A stretch of DNA of 64,000 nt from Gammaproteobacteria bacterium. GTDB taxonomy: Bacteria > Pseudomonadota > Gammaproteobacteria > Ga0077536. Position numbers and translations under genes: made by a program. The notes beneath the pieces are model-generated. The model saw nothing but the letters and a program-made list of their open reading frames with translations, was not told where the DNA came from and did no database searches. How positions within the stretch are numbered: the first letter of the stretch is position 1; each line of letters starts with the position of its first letter. Shown piece by piece: positions 62,089 through 64,000 of the stretch. Location of the stretch: positions 1,120,001-1,184,000 of the forward strand of contig CAXXLL010000002.1 of NCBI GenBank assembly GCA_963662545.2, given 5' to 3'.

Positions 62089-62745
62089 CGCGGTCATCGA
62101 CGAGCCCTTGTTTCGCTTTCCCATCTTGAGCCTCTTTCCGCCTACCGTCGTCGCGGTGCCCCCGGGGATCGCACGCGCCGCACTCGACAGCTTTCTGGCG
62201 TTGGCGCGGGACAAGGTGCCGCACGGCGCGGTAGCGCCCCTGGCCCAACGCAGCTCGGCACAGATCGACGCGGCGCGCGCCGAAGCGCTGATTGAAGGCG
62301 CGCGCAGCTATGTCTATGAGACGACCGAATCTTTATGGGAGCTGGTTCAACGCCGGCAGGACGTGACCAGCGACGCGCGCCGTCGCGTCCGCCTCGCCGC
62401 CTGTCATGCCTGCGAAGCGGCGGCGCAAGCGGTGGATCTGCTTTACCGGGCCGGCGGCGGATCGGCGATCTTCGACGACAACCCCCTGCAGCGCCATTTC
62501 CGCGACATCCACGCCACGACCCAGCACATCCAGATCAGTCACGGCAATTTCGAAACGATGGGCAGGCTGCGATTGACGGGGAGTCTGGACCTACCGTACT
62601 GACCGAGCGCGCCTCACACCTGCCCCGCAGTAAACGTCATACCGTCCATCTCCATCTTTTCCAGCAATGCCGGCGACAGGTGCTGCACTTCCGCGCCGAT
62701 CGCGGGCCGGAAATCGATGTCGTTCATGTCGTGGACGCCGCCGGT
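62089..62745. repeat. Right long direct repeat, including the 5'-truncated monooxygenase copy (62089-62602)
   Basis: Constant offset of 30990 bp from 31099-31755. Confidence 0.95.
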
Positions 62746-63186
62746 GATGATGACCTGCAGCAAGCCTTCCTCGTCACTGATATTGCGGAATGCACGGCAC
62801 ACCACGGGTGGGACGGAAATTGTATCGAATAGCTCGATAATCGCAGCGTTTGAACCGTCGTCGCCCCACAGGATCTCGAAGCGGCCCTTGAGCACGGTGA
62901 AGGTCTCGAAGGTTTTCTGGTGTGAATGGAGGCCCGGACCCTGGCCGGGCGGACAGCGCGCAAGCGTGACGGTCATCCCGCCGGCACCGTGAATCGGCGT
63001 TACGTCGGTGATCCCGGTCGCCGCTGCGTCTTCGAGGCCGATCACCGGAAGCAGCTCCCGCGCGTAGACGACGTCCAGTGCTGCGCGGGGAAACTTATCG
63101 CCCTGCTGATTTTGAAGCGGTTTCAGATCGGCATAGCGCGCAATACGCTGCTCCATCTCGGCGGGCGAAATTTCGATCGTCTTCAT
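62614..63186 (-). CDS. Cupin domain protein
   Basis: GPGLHSHQKTFETF, DTISVPP. Confidence 0.82.
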   Translation of the reverse strand: MKTIEISPAEMEQRIARYADLKPLQNQQGDKFPRAALDVVYARELLPVIGLEDAAATGITDVTPIHGAGGMTVTLARCPPGQGPGLHSHQKTFETFTVLKGRFEILWGDDGSNAAIIELFDTISVPPVVCRAFRNISDEEGLLQVIITGGVHDMNDIDFRPAIGAEVQHLSPALLEKMEMDGMTFTAGQV

Positions 63187-63273
63187 GGTGAGAGCCCCTC
63201 GTGTTTTCAGATTGAGGCGGCTTTGTTACACAGTCGCCAAACGCGATTGAGATCATCCGAAGGATAGATCCCT

Positions 63274-63349
63274 TCGCCCGCAAGCGGTCTCCTACGCGGC
63301 GCCACCCGGGTCGACCGGCAGCCGCCGGTAGGAGCCCGCTTGCGGGCGA
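63274..63349. repeat. GTAG-type REP doublet
   Basis: TCGCCCGCAAGCGGTCTCCTAC ... GTAGGAGCCCGCTTGCGGGCGA. Confidence 0.82.
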
Positions 63350-63360
63350 TTCATTAAAGT

Positions 63361-64000
63361 TTAGTTCATGAGTTTGACGTAATCGTCCAGCAGCGGCAGC
63401 ACGACGTCGGCTCCTTCCGAGGGCAGCGGCAGGATCGCCCGCTTAGCGCCCTTGTCCGCCTGTGCTTTGAGTTGGTCTGCCTCGAAACCCATGGCGTAAA
63501 ACATGCCGATGTCGATAGTCGCCGGGTCGCGTCCGATTTCGTCGCAGGCCTTCTTGATGGCCGTCATGCCGCCGTCGAAATCGTAGAAGCCGCCGATCGG
63601 CATCCAGCCGTCACAGAACTCGGCGACGTGCGCCGCCGTCTTGGGTCCCGCGGCGCCGCCCATCACGATCGGCGGATGAGGCTTTTGCACGGGTTTCGGC
63701 CAGGCCCATGATTTCTCGAATTGAATGTGCTCGCCGGAAAAACTCGCCTCGTCCTGGGTCCACAGTTCTTTTACCAGCAGCACTTTTTCCCGAAGGATGT
63801 CGCGGCGCCCCTTGTAGTCCAGCCCATGATTACGCATCTCCTCGACGCACCAGCCGTAGCCGATGCCGAGTTCGAAACGCCCACCCGAAATCATATCGAG
63901 GCTCGCCGCTTCCTTTGCCAGCCAAATCGCGTCGCGCTGCGCGACGAGTGTGATGCCCGTGCCGACGCGGAGCTTCTCGGTCACGGCCGCACAGGCGGTC
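63361..64000 (-). CDS. LLM-class oxidoreductase, Rv2161c-like probable F420-dependent (5' end outside window)
   Basis: LAKEAASLD..SGGRFELGIGYGW, PKPVQKPHPP, DGWMP. Confidence 0.85.
   Translation of the reverse strand, partial: TACAAVTEKLRVGTGITLVAQRDAIWLAKEAASLDMISGGRFELGIGYGWCVEEMRNHGLDYKGRRDILREKVLLVKELWTQDEASFSGEHIQFEKSWAWPKPVQKPHPPIVMGGAAGPKTAAHVAEFCDGWMPIGGFYDFDGGMTAIKKACDEIGRDPATIDIGMFYAMGFEADQLKAQADKGAKRAILPLPSEGADVVLPLLDDYVKLMN

Noticed and set aside
1-64000. Many long overlapping or antisense ORFs such as 35075-35977 and 18987-19778
   Set aside because: Shadow frames of GC-rich genes with no motifs

Overview
GC-rich bacterial window, probably a free-living gammaproteobacterium (inferred from gene content and GTAG-type REPs). 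No rRNA, tRNA or CRISPR was seen. (1) 0.85-9.4 kb: a compact tailoring-enzyme cluster with no recognisable core synthase (PhyH dioxygenase, ferritin-like diiron protein, methyltransferase, two PaaK-like ligases, P450, GNAT). (2) 9.7-31 kb: mixed genes. The most unusual is a Wzz/Wzc-type membrane coiled-coil protein whose C-terminus is a degenerate tyrosine-recombinase domain instead of a kinase (18843-20801). Two tiny paralogous hydrophobic ORFs sit behind a CRP-like box. (3) 31.1-62.7 kb: a ~30 kb island between ~657-bp, ~94% identical direct repeats, with a split IS91/ISCR-like element at its right end. This matches the layout of complex class 1 integrons. The island carries an integrase-less attC cassette array repeatedly hit by IS elements, a shell-less aminoacetone-type catabolic trio, hydantoinase A/B genes and many pseudogenes. 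Two MITE families with different ends share a structured core. All product calls come from motif recognition by eye; no database searches were run.
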